Shown: piece after piece, positions 23,384 through 38,454 of the stretch
How the letters are laid out: each line of letters opens with the position of its first letter
How positions within the stretch are numbered: position 1 is the first letter of the stretch
From: Octopus sinensis
Lineage: Eukaryota
Assembly (NCBI RefSeq): GCF_006345805.1
Contig: NC_043000.1
Location: 81,282,001 to 81,346,000, forward strand
Length of the DNA: 64,000 nt
Direction: 5' to 3'
Notes under the pieces: model-generated
Told to the model about the DNA's origin: nothing
What the model saw: only the letters and a program-made list of their open reading frames with translations
Databases searched by the model: none
Made by a program: the position numbers and the translations under genes

Positions 23384-23749
23384 ATTAAGATATTTTTCTT
23401 AACGTGAAACCAATGGTAGCCTTAATACACAAATAGAGAAATATATATATGAAGAGGAAATGTGTGAAATTCTTTTTACATTGTAATTAATCAAATTATT
23501 TTAAGATGTATTATTAACAATCAAAATTGTTTCAAATACACTATTATATGTTTAAAATATATTATTATGTATTCGAGAGTACATTATTATATAGTTTTAA
23601 AGGCAGATATAGTGTATTAACTGTAAGTAGCCTTGTAATAGACATGCAAGATAACAAGGGAGATTATGCTATGTAACAAGGGTATATTCATTAACCTAAA
23701 TTTATTACAAACACACTAGGGAACAAGGAGGTAATGTTATGAACTTCAA

Positions 23750-26200
23750 ATATTCAAAGAGAAGTGAACAAATATATTTTCAGAAATGTTGGTACTAAAA
23801 TTTAAAAATACTTGTTATAATTAATTATCAGTTTAAACTTGGTTTCTGGTCTCTATTTTTCAATACAAAATTGTTTCTTCAGTACTTCCTTGTTGTTAAT
23901 TCTTGTTCTGTTTTCCATACATTGGTATAATGAGAAAATTTGGAATTTAGCTATTGAGTTCTTATACATTGATCTAAATGTTTACTGGGAGAAATTTTTC
24001 TAGCATAGATTACATATTTCCTGTTGGTGAACCATCATTCATTTTCTGTGACATGCTTTTTTGGCTTCTGTAAGCATGTAAAATCATCTTTATTATAAAA
24101 TTCTCTCTCTCTCTCTTTTTTTTTTTTTGAAACAACTCTGCATCTTCAGATATTTCAATTCAAATTCTAAAATTCATCTTCAGAATTTTATGACTGTCAG
24201 ATTTGTTATAATACTGGTAGGTAATTGAACATTTTATTGTTTCTTTAGTGATTCTGGTTGTTTTTTAACTGTTTATTATCTTTTAGTTCTCTAACATACT
24301 TTACATTTTTGGATGGTATTTTAAAAGTGGTATAATTTAATTATATTAATGGTATCCATATTCAAAAGATGTATGGATTGAATGAAATGTAAAGCAAAAC
24401 TGTTTCCCCTCTTAACAGTTCTGAAATAACTGATGTCAATACTGTCATTTCATTATGGTAACATCTTTCAATCAAAATATCTTTCAGTTTCTCTCTTTAC
24501 TCTTTTTAATCTTATACTTTTTCAGTCATTTGACTGTGGCCATGCTGGAGCACCACCTTTAGTTGAGCAAATTGACCCCAGGACTTATTCTTTGTAAGCC
24601 TAATACTTATTCTATTGGTCTTTTCTGCCGAACCGCTAAGTTACGGGGATGTAAACACACCAGCATTGGTTGTCAAGCGATGTTGGGGTGACAAACACAA
24701 ACACACAAGCATACACACACACACACACACACACACTCACACACACATATATACATATATATATATATACATATATATGATGGGTTTCTTTCAGTTTCCA
24801 TCTACCAAATCCACTAACAAGGCTTTGGTCAGCCCGAGGCTATAGTAGAAGACACTTGCCCAAGGTGCCATGCATTGGGATTGAACCCAGAACCATGTGG
24901 CTGGTAAGCAAGCTACTTACCACACAGCAACTCCTGTGATTTTTTTTTTTTTTTTTGCTTTCAGGTTGATCAGATTTGATATGATGGTTTATACTTTTGT
25001 AGCTAGATTGAATAGAATAGTAATTCTTGTGTTTATTATAGCATGAAGTATAAAGGGAATATTGCTTTGAACCTGTTGGTTTATAATATATATCTGTCTT
25101 AATCTTACTCAGTATTTTTTATAGCTAATATATGTATAAAGGTAATTTATTCTAGCCGTATTTCATACTGGATGTTGTTTTTAATATTGTTTGTGAGTGT
25201 CTTAATTTCATAAAGTTTATCTAAACTTTCTTCCCTTAAAATAAAACAATCATCAAAATATCAATTGATAAGAACTGTTTTCTAGCCTTCAGTTATTTAT
25301 AATCCTGTACAGAGGTTAGTTTCTGTTAAGTTCAATATATGTATTTACTTTGAACATTTGACCATAATTTCATCCTGAATTTGGCTTATTTTGTGGTTGT
25401 TTAATGACTCTGACATAAGACATAATTTTTGTTTGTTTGTTTGTTTTCCATGGATGGGTTTTCTGAAGAATATTTTTTTCATGATTCCTCTGTATAACTG
25501 CAAAACCAATTGATTCTTTTCTCCCCTATTTAGATTGAAATAATTTCTTCATGATTACATTCTTCTTTCCATAGTTTGCATATATTTTTTTTTTAAATGT
25601 TCCTTCTGCTTTCTTGTTCTTAAACTTAGTATTCCTACTTCTATTCTGAATTTTTCTAGAGATATTCATTCTCTAAGTTTTTTTGTTGGTGCGGTTCATC
25701 TTTTATTAGTTTCATTTTATATTGGTTTCCTGGATAATCTAAACAGTACTGTCAGAGAAGTTAATAGAGAAGAAAGAATAGTTTCCAAGGAAGTTAGTCA
25801 GAATTTGTACCGACTATGCAAAACTTTAGAAACTGTGTTTATTTATTTATAACTCAAACAGTTCAAACAACTATAATAAGGGAGAAAAATATTTCCCTGT
25901 CAATAATTTTCATTAAAAGTCATATTAGCCTCTTCTGAAAGAAGAATCTCCATTCATGTAGTTTGGATTTTTGATATAAGATTATGAACAGCAATAAAGT
26001 TGATACATACTAATGGTGAGGCATTGCACTTATCACATGAGCACTCAGCTCTGAGTTTCAATGCTTCTTATTACAGAAACAGCTATAAGTTAATGAAAAT
26101 GATTACATAACTCCTGTTATTTTCATCATTTATTCATTGATGTTATGCTTTGTACTCATCTGATAATTTACTGAAAGTAAACTGATTATAACAACTGGTT
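23750..26200 (-). mobile_element. Long decayed Penelope-like element (RT plus GIY-YIG), interrupted by a SINE
   Basis: Minus frames give YFDDCFIL, KIKTDIYYKPTGSKQY, MMVHQQEI..SKHLDQC and FQIFSLYQC; many stops; ends uncertain. Confidence 0.75.
24491..24935 (-). mobile_element. tRNA-derived SINE (OK-like), full length
   Basis: Complete head AGGAGTTGCTGTGTGGTAAG through tail. Confidence 0.92.
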
Positions 26201-26284
26201 ATTAGATTCACTATGCCTTAGTGAGCTTGCAATATCTCTATATTCATCCATCCATTCGCACACATACATTATTATTATTATTAT

Positions 26285-26570
26285 TGAATGAGAGAGCAGT
26301 GCATGCCATCAAAGTGGCACTCGAGTAAAATATATGAAGCCCAGCATACCCATCATGACTACCCATCTAAGAAGGGTACACTAGGCACATGCATCACAAC
26401 CATATGTGCGCGATATGGTGATCTCATATCAAGATAAACAGCATATGACCTTGCAGGTGGGGCCTAGTTATAATTTTCTTCTGGTCGAGTAACCCATCCC
26501 ACTCAAAAGGTCCCTGAATAAGGGTTGTTTAAGGATGTTGAACGAAACTCCCATGTTTCCAGAGGTGTTA
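26285..26570 (-). mobile_element. Non-coding retroposon with (AAT)n tail inserted in (TTA)n; partial second copy at 26790-26885
   Basis: Reverse complement of 40850-41070. Confidence 0.8.
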
Positions 26571-26576
26571 CTATTA

Positions 26577-26637
<61 letters not shown>

Positions 26638-26638
<1 letters not shown>

Positions 26639-26716
26639 GTTCAGTAGCTTTATTTTTATAGCGTGCTTTCACTTCACTACCGAGCGCAGCTCTGTGTGCC
26701 TTAGGTATGTGCTGTG

Positions 26717-26722
<6 letters not shown>
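26638..26722 (-). mobile_element. R4/Dong LINE 3' UTR stub in (TTA)n
   Basis: Matches the 3' end of the element at 54625-54690 (CTCTGTGTGCCTT.GGTATGTG.TGTGATTT). Confidence 0.75.
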
Positions 26723-26753
<31 letters not shown>

Positions 26754-26908
26754 GTTGTTGTTGTTGTTGTTGTTGTTGTTATTGTTATTGAGTGAGAGAG
26801 CAATGAATGCCATCAAAGTGACACTGGAGTAAAATATACAAAGCCTAGTATACCCATCATGACTACCCATCTGATAAGGGTACACTATGCACTACTATTA
26901 CTATCATT

Positions 26909-27125
26909 AAGGTGACAAGCTGGCAGAATTGTTAACATGCCATGCAAAATGCTCAGCAGCATTTTATCTGGCTTCATGTTCTGAGTTCAAATTCCGTTGA
27001 AGTTAACTTTGCCTTTCCTCCTTTCAAGGTCAATAAAATTAGTACCATCTGATCATTGGGAATGATGTTATCAACTTGCCCCTTCCCCATAAATTTCAAG
27101 CCTTGTGCCTATAAAAGAAAAGATT
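26909..27125 (+). mobile_element. tRNA-derived SINE family 2 (MetaSINE-like central domain). Similar copies on + near 28900, 37433, 53921, 54170, 56478, 57950; on - near 28545, 35315, 35520, 39105, 48770
   Basis: AGCTGGCAGAAT.GTTAGCA...CTGAGTTCAAATTC...GACTTTGCCTTTCATCCTTT...ATAAGTACCAG...GGCCTTGTGCC. Confidence 0.85.
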
Positions 27126-27134
27126 ATTATTTTC

Positions 27135-27690
27135 TCTTTATCAAAGGTTTTGTTGGAGTTCCTGGAGTCTTGCATGCATAGCAGGCTTATTTCCTGCAGC
27201 CTACAGTACCATGCTATTCGTTCTTTTCAGCTGTCTAATACTTTTCTGATTATTCTGGCTGTGCCAAGGAGGCAAACCTTTTGTAACAATTCTACTGTGC
27301 ACTCTATTCCAATTTCCTTTATATTTCTCTTGATGCCTTCTGATACTGTTCCCAAGGACCCAACAATAATTGGCACTATCTTCACCTTTATTTTCCATAG
27401 CTGGGCTATTTTGTACTTAAGATGGTTGTATCTATCTATCTTTTTGCCTTCCTTCTTGACTATTCATGGGTCAAAGAGGCATGCAACGTCAATTATATAG
27501 CATATGTGGTGCACCTTGTCCACCACCACTAGGTCCAGTCTGTTATACTCTTGCACCCAATCTATCATACCATGTCTTGCTTCTGCCTAGCCCCTACTTT
27601 TTACACTGTTTCCAGTGGAGCATTTTAACTACCTGGTTGTGTAACCACAACTTGTAGTGGTTTTGGGCAAGTTTAGGGCATTCACATTAT
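27135..27690 (-). mobile_element. R4/Dong-clade LINE 3' fragment (RLE endonuclease)
   Basis: NRLDLVVVDK..CYIIDVACLFD...YNHLKYKIAQLWKIKVKIVPIIVGSLGTVS...LQKVCLLGTARIIRKVLDS*. Confidence 0.85.
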
Positions 27691-29669
27691 AATAATTAAT
27701 AAATAATTTGAATGTATAATTTTAGATTTCAGTAAATTTTAGCAATTATAAGGGTGTCTATTTACTTCTGTCATGTCTGTGTATGTGTGTGTATGTGTAT
27801 ATATATATATATATATGTGTGTGTATGTATGTATGTATATATATATATATATATATAGCTGCATATGTGTATGTCTGTGTGTTATGCACACACTCTATCC
27901 CTCCTCACACTATTTTCATAAAACATCATTGAAAACTTTTCTACACCCTTGTAGCAGTTTTCAAATGTTTGTTGGGTTGTTTTTGTTTTAATCCCAGTGC
28001 AGAGATTGTTTACTATTGTTTATTATCAGACAGACTTTCCCCATTCTTGTTCACCACCACCACCACCTCTACTTCTATTACTTCATCTTACTTTACCTTG
28101 TCTTTACACATTTTCCCCTCTTCTTTCTTTGTTTCGTTTATTCTATCTACTTTCAACTTACCTGTAAGTTACTTAACACATGTAAGTATCACATGTAGTA
28201 CAGACATAAAACGATATCTAACATGAGCAAAGACAGCAGCAACAATGAGAGCCTCTATGTCAGTGCTTTTGTACCTGTGTTTTGTGAAATCATGCAGGTG
28301 CATTGTAAAATTATGAAGGTGTATTGTGAAATTGATGCATTTGTATTGTAAATTTATCTAGGTGCGTGGCTAAAATTGACTGAGGCCTGAATAGTTTTTA
28401 CCTGTGATTTATTTCACTTTAGCAGATCTTATAATTAAACACTGGTTGAATATTTTTGCACAAAGCTAATGTGGTATTGAATATTGTAACTTAATCTACT
28501 GAAATTAGCAGCCAAATTTCCATTTGATCATGATCCTTTCTACTATAGGCACAAGGCCTGAAATTTTGGTGGAATGGGGCTTGTCTGTTACATTAACCCC
28601 TGTACTCAACAAGTACTTATTTCATTGACCTCCTCAAAAGGATGAGAGGCAAAAATCACTCTCGGTGGAATTTGAACTCAAAATGTAAAGCCAGAAGAAA
28701 TACCACTAGGGATTTTGTCTGGCATGCTAACAATTTTGCTAGCTCATACACTGTCTTGATTAAAAATGGCATAGTCACTGTTGTAATGCCATTAGTTTAT
28801 TTGATTAACACATTAATTGTTGTGACTTGTTACTGGAACTTATTGGTAATGCCACATACTTCCAGTCACACTGCATACTATTTAATTACAAGAAAATATA
28901 AGGCAGTAAGCTGGCAAAATCGTTAGCATGTTGGGCAAAATGCTTAATGGCATTTCACCTATCTTTATGTCCTGAGTTCAAATTCTGCTGAAGTCGACTT
29001 TGCATGTTATCCTTTTGAGATCAATAAAACAAGTACCAGTTGAGCACTGGGATCAATGTAATCAACTTATACCCATACCCAAAATTGTTGGCTTTGTGCC
29101 AAAAATCGAAACCAATTGTAAGCAAATGTAATTTTTTTTGCATTTTTACAATATTTCATAATTAAACTTTAATATTTAGCAGTCATGTTATATAAATATA
29201 CTTGAAACCATGTCAAAGACACAATGAAATATTTTCTCAAATTATGGAAACATACCACTGGTGGTGTATAAGGAAGTTGTGTGAAGTTTGCAATGTGCCA
29301 TGTGGTGGTTAACATGTGAAAGCTGATTTAAAGTTGAATAACAACTTCATCAACAAACTCTTAAATACCAACCACAACACCTACTGCCTTAGCATCTACA
29401 ACCTTATAAACAACAATAGCCACAACAATTACAACAACAACTGCAACTACCAAACCTTTAACAATCACAACAACATCAAACACAATCACCACCAAAACAG
29501 CAACTACAAGATTAAGAGCTACAAACATATGAACTAATATAACAATAAAATCAACATCCACAACCATGAGAACAACAACAATAAGAGCAATGATAACAAC
29601 CACACTGCCATTCCTTAAGAGTACAACAACCACTATATTCTTAAACAACAACAACAATTATATATATTA

Positions 29670-30000
29670 TATATTAGTGACAGAGGTGGTCTTGATACCT
29701 AGAGATGATATTTATCCCCATGGATGTTCTGTTAGAAACTCTCATATTGGTTTCCTGGTGCAACTTGCATTCATGTTTATATTGCTGGTGGGGAGATAAA
29801 TTCTTGCTACCTCAAGCGTCAAGACTACCATTTCACATGGTTTCGATCTTGTTTAGTCTTGTCAATGATGGGCACTCGACTGCTAGAGACAACAGTGATT
29901 CATCTCACTGCCACTGATATATAGATTAACAGTACCAGAATTGGTTCATGTGTTGCGATTAGCCAGTTAGCTTGTTAAAAAATATATATTAGTGAAAGAA
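29670..30000 (-). repeat. Monomer of the family C HHR-containing unit
   Basis: Homologous to 11300-11955; HHR motif at 29825-29871; begins and ends with ATATTAGTGA. Confidence 0.75.
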
Positions 30001-30539
30001 TAATAGGAATAAAAATAGGATAAAAATGGAGATAAAAAGTAAAAAAAAAAGAAAAAGAAGTTATCTTGTTTAAATGACTTTTCTTTTTGTTTTTTGTTTA
30101 TAAATTTCTTGTTCCTCTATCTACCCCTCTTACTCCAACCACCTTACTATGGTGTTGTTGTTGTCTGCTGGATGTTTCTATTGTTGTTTTCGAGTATATT
30201 TAATCCTATTTGTACATTGACAACTTTTAACCTTGCCACCTTTCCACCACCATGAATATCATCATCATCACTACCCATTCTAATTTTGGGGAGGGTGTGA
30301 GGCAGTTCTCTACCTCCCGCAGCCCTTCTCTACTTTATTTCCACACTTACTGCCAAAGCAATAGACTGGGAGAGAGAGGAAGGAGGAAAATTGAGTATTT
30401 CAGTGAAAAAGTGGTGAATTCCTTACTTTGTAAAGCAGTGATTACCTATCTGTCTGTTTGTCTCTCAAACTGTCTTTCTGTCTATCTTTTTGACACTTTC
30501 TGTTTTATTGTTTGTCTACCTATCTGTCAGTCTGTCTGC

Positions 30540-31865
<1,326 letters not shown>

Positions 31866-32205
31866 ACCTGTCTACCTACCTACCTATAAACAATTATCAG
31901 AAGGCTATTTACAGTGTTATGTGGACTTAAAGACAGTGGTAGCAGTGGTGAGAGGTGAGAGATGTAGTTCCTGCTTACATAAGGAGGAGCCCAGTCAGTA
32001 GTGGACAGTACTTATATCATCAGCTGGATCACAAAGAGAGAAAGAAAGAAATAGTAGTTGTGTGTGTGCGCGCGTGTGCACATGCTTGCGAGAGAGAGAT
32101 AGAGAGAGAGAAAGTGAGAGGAAGACAGAGATGGGTAGCTGGGTAGGGGGGTAGTTTGAGAAATAGTGAAAGTACATGAAGAGATATTCTGAGATGGTTT
32201 AAAAG

Positions 32206-32248
32206 ATGTGGAAAAGTTATGATCTGTGGGCTCACTGCTGCTACCGAG
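32206..32248 (+). CDS. Candidate short first coding exon of an unidentified host gene
   Basis: AAAG-ATG, MWKSYDLWAHCCYR + G, then consensus donor GAG|GTAAGC, in non-repetitive sequence; no homology recognised. Confidence 0.25.
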
Positions 32249-33059
32249 GTAAGCAACATTTGTCGTTATTGTTTACTTATAAATAGACATAGACAACAAG
32301 TAATCATAATAATGGTAATAATAATTCCTAACATTGGTTCAAGGCCAGGAATTTATTAGTTTGGTAGTATATAGTCCCTGTACATTGACCCATAGTTTAT
32401 GAGTGATTTTTTTATTTTTATTAGCCCCTGGATAGCTGAGAGACAAGGCTAATCTCAGTAAAAAGAACATAGCTAAATATCAGCCAATCCTTTTGACTGT
32501 CACCCTTCCAATTTTGCCATTCACTGGCATTTTGTCTGGTGCTCTTCCAATTTTATTACCCACTACCTTCCATTTTGTCCTCCTCTTAACCAATCTAATC
32601 ATGTCAACTCTGTTTGTCACTATCACTATTACTGTAATTGTCCTTCTGGGGCATTATGTTTTAGAAAAGAGGGTGTAGTCAGTTATATTAACTCAAATAT
32701 TTAATTTTACAAAGAACTTAATTTTATTGACCCCACCGAAGAATCAAAAGCAAAGTTGATGTGAATGAGATTTGAAATCAGAATGTGAAGAGATGTAACT
32801 AAATACCATATTTTTCTGACACTGCCTGGTCTGCCAATACACTGACACTCAACTACAACAGCAGTAATTGTTGTTGTACACAAAGCTGGCAATTTTGAGA
32901 GGAAGGTGTTTACAGGTTTCATAAGCCTCAGTACTTTATTTTATCAACCAGCATTCATCACTGCATGGTGGTTGTTTCCCTTTGATTTTACCTGATTGAG
33001 TGCACATGGTGGGAAACTGACTAACAAAGTGATGGATCAACGATTGTCTTGTAATATAC

Positions 33060-33430
33060 ACATCATCATCATCATCATCATCATCATACACACATGTTTT
33101 CCATGCTGACATGGATTGGTTGCATTGCATCTTATGACAATCCTGTTTTCTGATACACACAACAACAGAAATAAACTCAACCAATTCTACTGTCATATTT
33201 TTGTTATACTTTCGGCTTGATTTTTACAGTTAGTTGCCCTTCTTATCACCAACCACTTTACAGTATACACAGAGTGTATTATATTGGGCCACCAGAACAA
33301 GAGAGGTTGTTTGCAATGGGACAATGAGTGCTCTCTATTCCTCTGTTTGTTTAGTCTCGTTTTTAGCATGCAATTTATAACTGATAACTTTCTTTTCTCT
33401 GATACCTTTGCAGAGTGGACTGGGTGCATT
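33060..33430 (-). mobile_element. RTE-tail-related retroposon 3' end
   Basis: (CAT)n then TTTTCCATGCTGACATGG...AGTTGCCCTTCTTATCACCAACCACTTTACAG. Confidence 0.6.
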
Positions 33431-34866
33431 TTACTTGCACTAGAGCAGTTGTCTGTGTAAAGTCTAAAGAGTCCTCTCTACTCTCTTTCAGATACTTTTC
33501 TTTCAGAGTTACTGTTCAAGGTGTTTGTTCAGAGTGTCCAGTCTCATGCAGGCTACTGTCACTAAAGATGAGACATTATATATTCTCATTCATGTTAGGA
33601 GAGTTTTACTCATCAAGGGCCTGAAAATGGTAGCATAAGATCACTGGCATAAAGGTTGTTTCTGTTATATAGAATAGTGGGGTTTATAGGGGTAGTTTCA
33701 AAATGAAGCTGTTGCTATGGTGTTAGATTGTTTAGCTACAAAGGTATGTTTATTTTGATAGGCTAATATACTTTGTAGAAATTGATGGTGATTTATGTTA
33801 CCTAAAAATAGATGGTCATTGTTCTGTAAATTATGAGCTCAAAATAGTGTTGTACAATTTGTTGTTTCTATTCTGCTATATTGAGAATCTTAGAAATAAT
33901 TCTAATCAATCAATCATGAAATAATCATGAAATATAGGTAATAATTTAGCTGATCATTGATGTTCCTATCCCAGCTGTTTAATGGGCATTGATTGAGAAA
34001 AGTGAAGGCTCTGTGTTTTATAGTTCAGAGGTAAACAGTTCCTTGTATAGGACAGCAAAACCAACTGTTGTAATATTCTTATCTAGCTTATTTAAGTATG
34101 AAAGGGAACTCTATGAAGGTTAGAATCTTCAAATCTTAAACCTAATATCTGTAGTAGTCTTATTCATTATGTCAACCTCTCATCTAATTTGTCTCTTCAC
34201 AGTCTCAGATCTAATAAAACACCACCTGTCCAACTCCACACATAGATAAACATATAGCGTCAAAAGCTTTAAATGTGGCAACTTCTGTTGTTATTACAGT
34301 CAGTTGACTTGAACCAAGATATTACTGGTACTTTTTTTTATCAGCCCAAGAGAAATGAGAGATAGAAATTAACGAGGGCTGGAATTGAATTCAGAATATA
34401 AAAGGACCAAATAAATAGTACAAAGAATTTTGTCCAACACTCTGCCTATTTTGCCAGCATCTACTCTATAAATGATGTTTGCAGACTTAATGGTAATCTC
34501 AATTTTCTGATGAATCACAGTGAAAAACATTCTTGTTAATGTTGTAAAGGTCAATTTGTATCCATTATAAACAATTGCTATGCAATGTTAATTGCTGCCA
34601 CCTGACTAATTTACTGAAATGATTAAAAAAGAGAAATAAAAGAAAAAGAATAACAGGAATTAATATGAAACCAAATATCAACAATTTCTAACAAAAACAC
34701 ATAGCTGGAAATGTTGGGTTGAAAGGGAACCAGTTATCTTAATCCCAGTGCATGACTGGTACTTTATTTTTATTCACAGCCAGCCAAAAGGAGCTGAAAA
34801 TTAGAATCAGCCCCAGAAGAATTTAAACACAGAATTTAGCAGGTTACATTTATTAGTAGGTGTATA

Positions 34867-35089
34867 CAAGAGAGTGCTGAAAAGTTCCTGGCTTTGGGTA
34901 AAACAAAATACAAGATGATCAGTTAATTATGATTTTATTCAACATATTCTCCTCTTTGATTCACACACTTTCGGCAGCGGTCCTTCAGTTTTTCTAAATC
35001 CTGTAAAAGAACTTAAAAGGTTGGGCCTCCAAGTAGGCCTTTTGCAATACCCCTAAAGCCAGGAACTTTTCAGCACCTCCTCCCCCTCA
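34867..35089. mobile_element. Mariner-derived MITE
   Basis: Perfect 22-bp inverted core GTGCTGAAAAGTTCCTGGCTTT / AAAGCCAGGAACTTTTCAGCAC; TA at both ends. Confidence 0.9.
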
Positions 35090-36734
35090 TAAGTAGTGTG
35101 TTCTTGGATATTTGATGACAGTGCATAGCTGCTGATGGTGCTATAAGCAGAGTTGAGATGTGTAGCATGTTAACTGTCATATTATGTATATACACATGAA
35201 ATTTACATTTGTCACAACATACATTGTTGGCCAAAATATCAATAGATATGTTCTACAGTATATTATGGCAATGAAACAAAATACTGTCAACACATCTGTA
35301 ATTTGGTCTCACATTTTGGCACAAGGCCAGCAATTTCTGGGGAGCAGGTAAGTTGATTTCATCTACCCCAGTGTTCAACTACTATTTATCTTATTGACCC
35401 CTGGAAGGATGCAAGGCAAAGTTGACCTCACTGGAATTCAAAATCAACATAAAGATGGGCAAAATGCTGCTATGCATTTTGCCCAGTATGCTAACAATCC
35501 TAAGCTTACTGCCTTAGTATTGGTTTCACATTTTGGCACACAGGCAGCGATTTCAGGAAAAAGGGTAAGTCAATTACATTGACCCTCAACACTCAACTAG
35601 TACTACTTATTTCATCAACTGTGAAAGGATGAAAGGCAAAGTCGACCTTGGCAGAATTTGAACTCAGAATGTAGAGATGCACAAAATGCCACTAAGCTTT
35701 TTCCCCAGCATGCTAACAATTCTGCCAGCTCACTGCCTTGAACATACTTGTGATTTAATATGTAGTTAGGACCAAATTTCATGAGGGAATACCTAGTTCA
35801 GGATCAATCACCCATGTACATATCTAGGGATTAAAACAGACCCTGGTCCCATTGAAACAGTGTAAATAAAAATATTGCAAATATACACTCTAAAGGAGGG
35901 GTTAATAGTCTGAAAATTTTAATCTTAATAAACATGGGATGTTTTCTGTTGGGTTTGAAGGGGTGAGAGTAGTTTGGTAGGTACACAAGGGTAGGGAGTT
36001 GGTTGTTCCAGTAGAACGTGTGTGTATCAGAGTTAGGAGCCTAGTTTTAGGGTAAATATTTTCTCTGAAATTGATTATAATTTCGCTGTTACTTACTTAT
36101 TAAGTTTCCCTATATCTCTGTGTTTCCCTTTGAATGTTTATTTTATTGTTGCTTCTGAGAAGGAACTGGATGGTATGTAAATCTTTATCCATTACCACCA
36201 CCACAACAACAAAAACAACTAAAACCTGAAAGTACTGCCAACACCAACATCCCTACTATTCCCAGCACCACTACCACCACTGTTAACTCCACCACTGCCA
36301 TTATCAAAACCACTTTTACCACCCCTACTGCCACCATCACCACCATCAGGATACATTTTATTTGATGTTTGTTTTCCAGAAGGTTCAATGAGGAAGTGAC
36401 AGGATGTGAATTAATGATCTTTCATCCAACAGGTCAACATACTACCACCACCACCACCATCACTACCACCCTCATCCTCATCTTCATCATCATCATCATC
36501 ATCATTATATAGTCAGTTGGTAAATATAAACTCTGTAGAGGTCAAGAGGTTATTTCTGGTTCATATGAAAATGTGAGATTTTGTTGACCTTTCAGTTTGA
36601 CTGGATACAAAGTCTTCTATATTTTTGAAGAAACCAGAGGATGATGTAGTTTTGAGATGATATACCATGTTTGACAAGCAAGATGAATTGGTTGATAGTC
36701 ATGGCTGAAATGTTTTGGGACTCCAAAGTGGAAC

Positions 36735-37045
36735 CTGTTGCCATGGTGGCACAGGAAAAGCACCTGTACCAGTGACATGTAATAGGCTCCCATGCCAGTG
36801 ACACATAAAAGGTATCTATGCCAGTGATATGTAAAAGGTGCCTGTGCCAGGGACACATAAAAGACACCCATTACACTGTGGAGTGGTTGGCATTAGGAAG
36901 AACATCCAGCTGTAGAAACCAAGCCAAAACAGACTGGAGCCTGGTATAGCTCTCTGGCTTACCAGCCCCAGTCAAACCATCTTACCCATGCCAGCATGGA
37001 AAACGGACGCTAATTATTGACAATGACACCAATTATGATGATGAT
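36735..37045 (+). mobile_element. RTE-LINE 3' UTR with ~25-bp subrepeats
   Basis: Several TGCCAGTGACAC.TAAAAG units, then GTGGTTGGCATTAGGAAG...CAGCATGGAAAACGGACG. Confidence 0.8.
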
Positions 37046-38454
37046 AATAGATGTATTTTACATGTAAAATATCATTAAATGCTGCAATGACCAAAGTAGA
37101 AATGGCAGCACAAGTAGAGATTTTAATTAATTATTGTTTATGAGAGGGTGGTGTATTTGTTGTAAGGGAGTGTCCTTCACATGATTTATGACATTCTTCT
37201 TGTTTATATCATATCTGCTTAATGGCATCATGTCTCTGTAGTTCTTTCACATCTCCCTACACATTGTCATATCTCCCTTATTATCATATCTCTTTCATTG
37301 TTTTATTATAACTCCATTGTTGCTATCATGTCTTCTTAATTCCATCATAATTCTCTAGTCATCATCATATGTCCCAAGTATTATTAAATGTCCCTATTGA
37401 TATCATATCTCAATAATCATTATCATATCTTAAGGTGGTGAGTTGGCAGAATCACTAGTATGCTAGACAAAATGCTGCTAAGCATTTTATCTGTCATTAC
37501 ATTCTGCGTTCAAATTCCACCTGGGTCATCTTTGCCTTTCATCCTTCCAGAGTTAATAAAATAAGTACCAGTTATGGACTGTGATTGACGTAATTAACTT
37601 AGCCCCACTACTGAAATTGCTGGCCTTGTGCCAAAATTTGAAACCACTAAATATTATCTTACTTCATCAACAATGTCATATCTCCTTATTCCTTACCAAA
37701 GGTCCCAAGTGATAACATGTCTCCCATGTTTCTATCGTATATACCTGGTCGTTACTAGACCACCCTAGTTATTATAGTATCTTCCTTGCTGTTGTTGTGA
37801 TATCATATCTCATATGATATATCTCTCAAATTATATCAGATAGCCCTAGATATTATCATATCTCCCACGTGATATCAAATGTTTCAAGTAATGTCATATT
37901 CCCTTCACCAATATCATTTGTCCTTAGACAATATATGTCCATCTGATCATCATCAATATCATTGTTTTATGGTCCACTTTTCCATGGTTGCCATAAGCAA
38001 GATGAGAGATTTATTGAGGCAGATATTTTCGTGGCCAGAAGTTCTTTCTACTGTACAACCCTTACCTTTGCAAGGTAATAATTCCTTCAGTGTATTGAAC
38101 AACAAATAGCTCAGATATGTTTCCATGACGGATTGTAAACAACTGAAACCAGCTGCATGAATAGTGACTCTTGTTTAGTCAGTGCACACATGTCAAAAGA
38201 AGGGGAATAAACAATCATGTACACACACTCACACACACACACGCACGCACACAGTATGTGTCTATGTGTATGCATATACATAAATGCAAGGATTTCTTCC
38301 AGTTTCTGTCAACTGAATTTCAATTCCAAAGTATTTGTCAACCTGAAGCTTTAGTGGAAGACCCCAGTCAACACTGTTTGTTTGTACAGTGGGAGTAAAC
38401 CCCAGACCACATGTCTCTAAAGCAACCTTCTTAATCACACAGCTATTTTTTTAT

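Noticed and set aside
29340-29660. Thr-rich mucin-like reading frame
   Set aside because: Degenerate (ACA)n with in-frame stops and no convincing splice sites
33450-34200. Possible additional Penelope RT remnant on the minus strand
   Set aside because: Too decayed to support with clear motifs by eye; needs BLASTX
36735-36870. Spaced ~25-bp repeats resembling a CRISPR array
   Set aside because: Degenerate tandem subrepeats of an RTE 3' UTR in eukaryotic DNA; no unique spacers or cas genes
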